From an uncultured virus (IMG/VR IMGVR_UViG_3300046314_000297) (Duplodnaviria; Heunggongvirae; Uroviricota; Caudoviricetes): a stretch of DNA of 60,615 nt. Positions 60,411 through 60,615 of this stretch are shown piece after piece. The notes under the pieces are model-generated. The model worked only from the letters and a program-made list of their open reading frames with translations, was not told where the DNA came from and did no database searches. Every line of letters starts with the position of its first letter. Within the stretch, counting starts at the first letter, position 1. The translations under genes were made by a program, and so were the position numbers. Where the stretch lies: the IMG/VR virus record IMGVR_UViG_3300046314_000297. The stretch is one strand, 5' to 3'.

Positions 60411-60615
60411 ATGGCTGAAACAGCTGCACCATTGACTCCGGAGACCACCGATGTCCCGCCTCTATATTTTGCTATTGTCTCGCCTGACGACCCTCGCGCT
60501 GTTATGGATATGGTTGCCCTAATCCCAGCAAGTGGCACCAGTACCGAACTAGCTGCGTACAAGCGCGTGGATAAGCAGTGGGTTAAAGATGACCAGGTTG
60601 TTTTTGATCTAAAGT
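60411..60615 (+). CDS. Hypothetical protein, 3'-truncated by the window edge
   Basis: AAGGA RBS. Open to the end (MAETAAPLTPETTDVPPLYFAIV...). Confidence 0.65.
   Translation, partial: MAETAAPLTPETTDVPPLYFAIVSPDDPRAVMDMVALIPASGTSTELAAYKRVDKQWVKDDQVVFDLK

Overview
A 60.6 kb segment of a large tailed dsDNA phage. The host is inferred to be actinobacterial, from WhiB, class Ib NrdEF, a ClgR-like HTH, many leaderless genes and a tmRNA tag ending FALAA. Layout: (1) 1-14.5 kb holds nucleotide metabolism genes (nrdE, nrdF, dut, thyX, dNMP kinase fusion), HNH endonucleases and a tmRNA/tRNA cluster with several atypical tRNA-like elements. (2) 15-19 kb is a minus-strand endolysin and surface-protein block, followed by an AT-rich repeat-containing non-coding gap. 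(3) 20-25.8 kb holds DNA-binding genes and a probable small terminase. (4) 25.8-43.8 kb is an array of about 20 self-contained early-type expression cassettes. (5) 44.7 kb to the end holds NlpC/P60, an intein-containing large terminase, portal, Dps and large head-associated proteins. The main unexplained structure is the cassette array. It has 22 exact, co-oriented copies of TATTCATTTTTTC, nearly all lying between a terminator or hairpin and a sigma-A-type promoter, and helically phased to the -35 box. Several units end in hairpins whose loops are complementary to their own RBS. The array contains a five-box DnaA cluster beside a CCWGG-saturated gene, and GATC is nearly absent from it. A second strong signal is a predicted -1 ribosomal frameshift at 55419 that fuses a 972-aa head-region protein to an HExxH metallopeptidase domain, followed by a candidate immunity gene. 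All counts and coordinates were read by eye, and no database searches were run.
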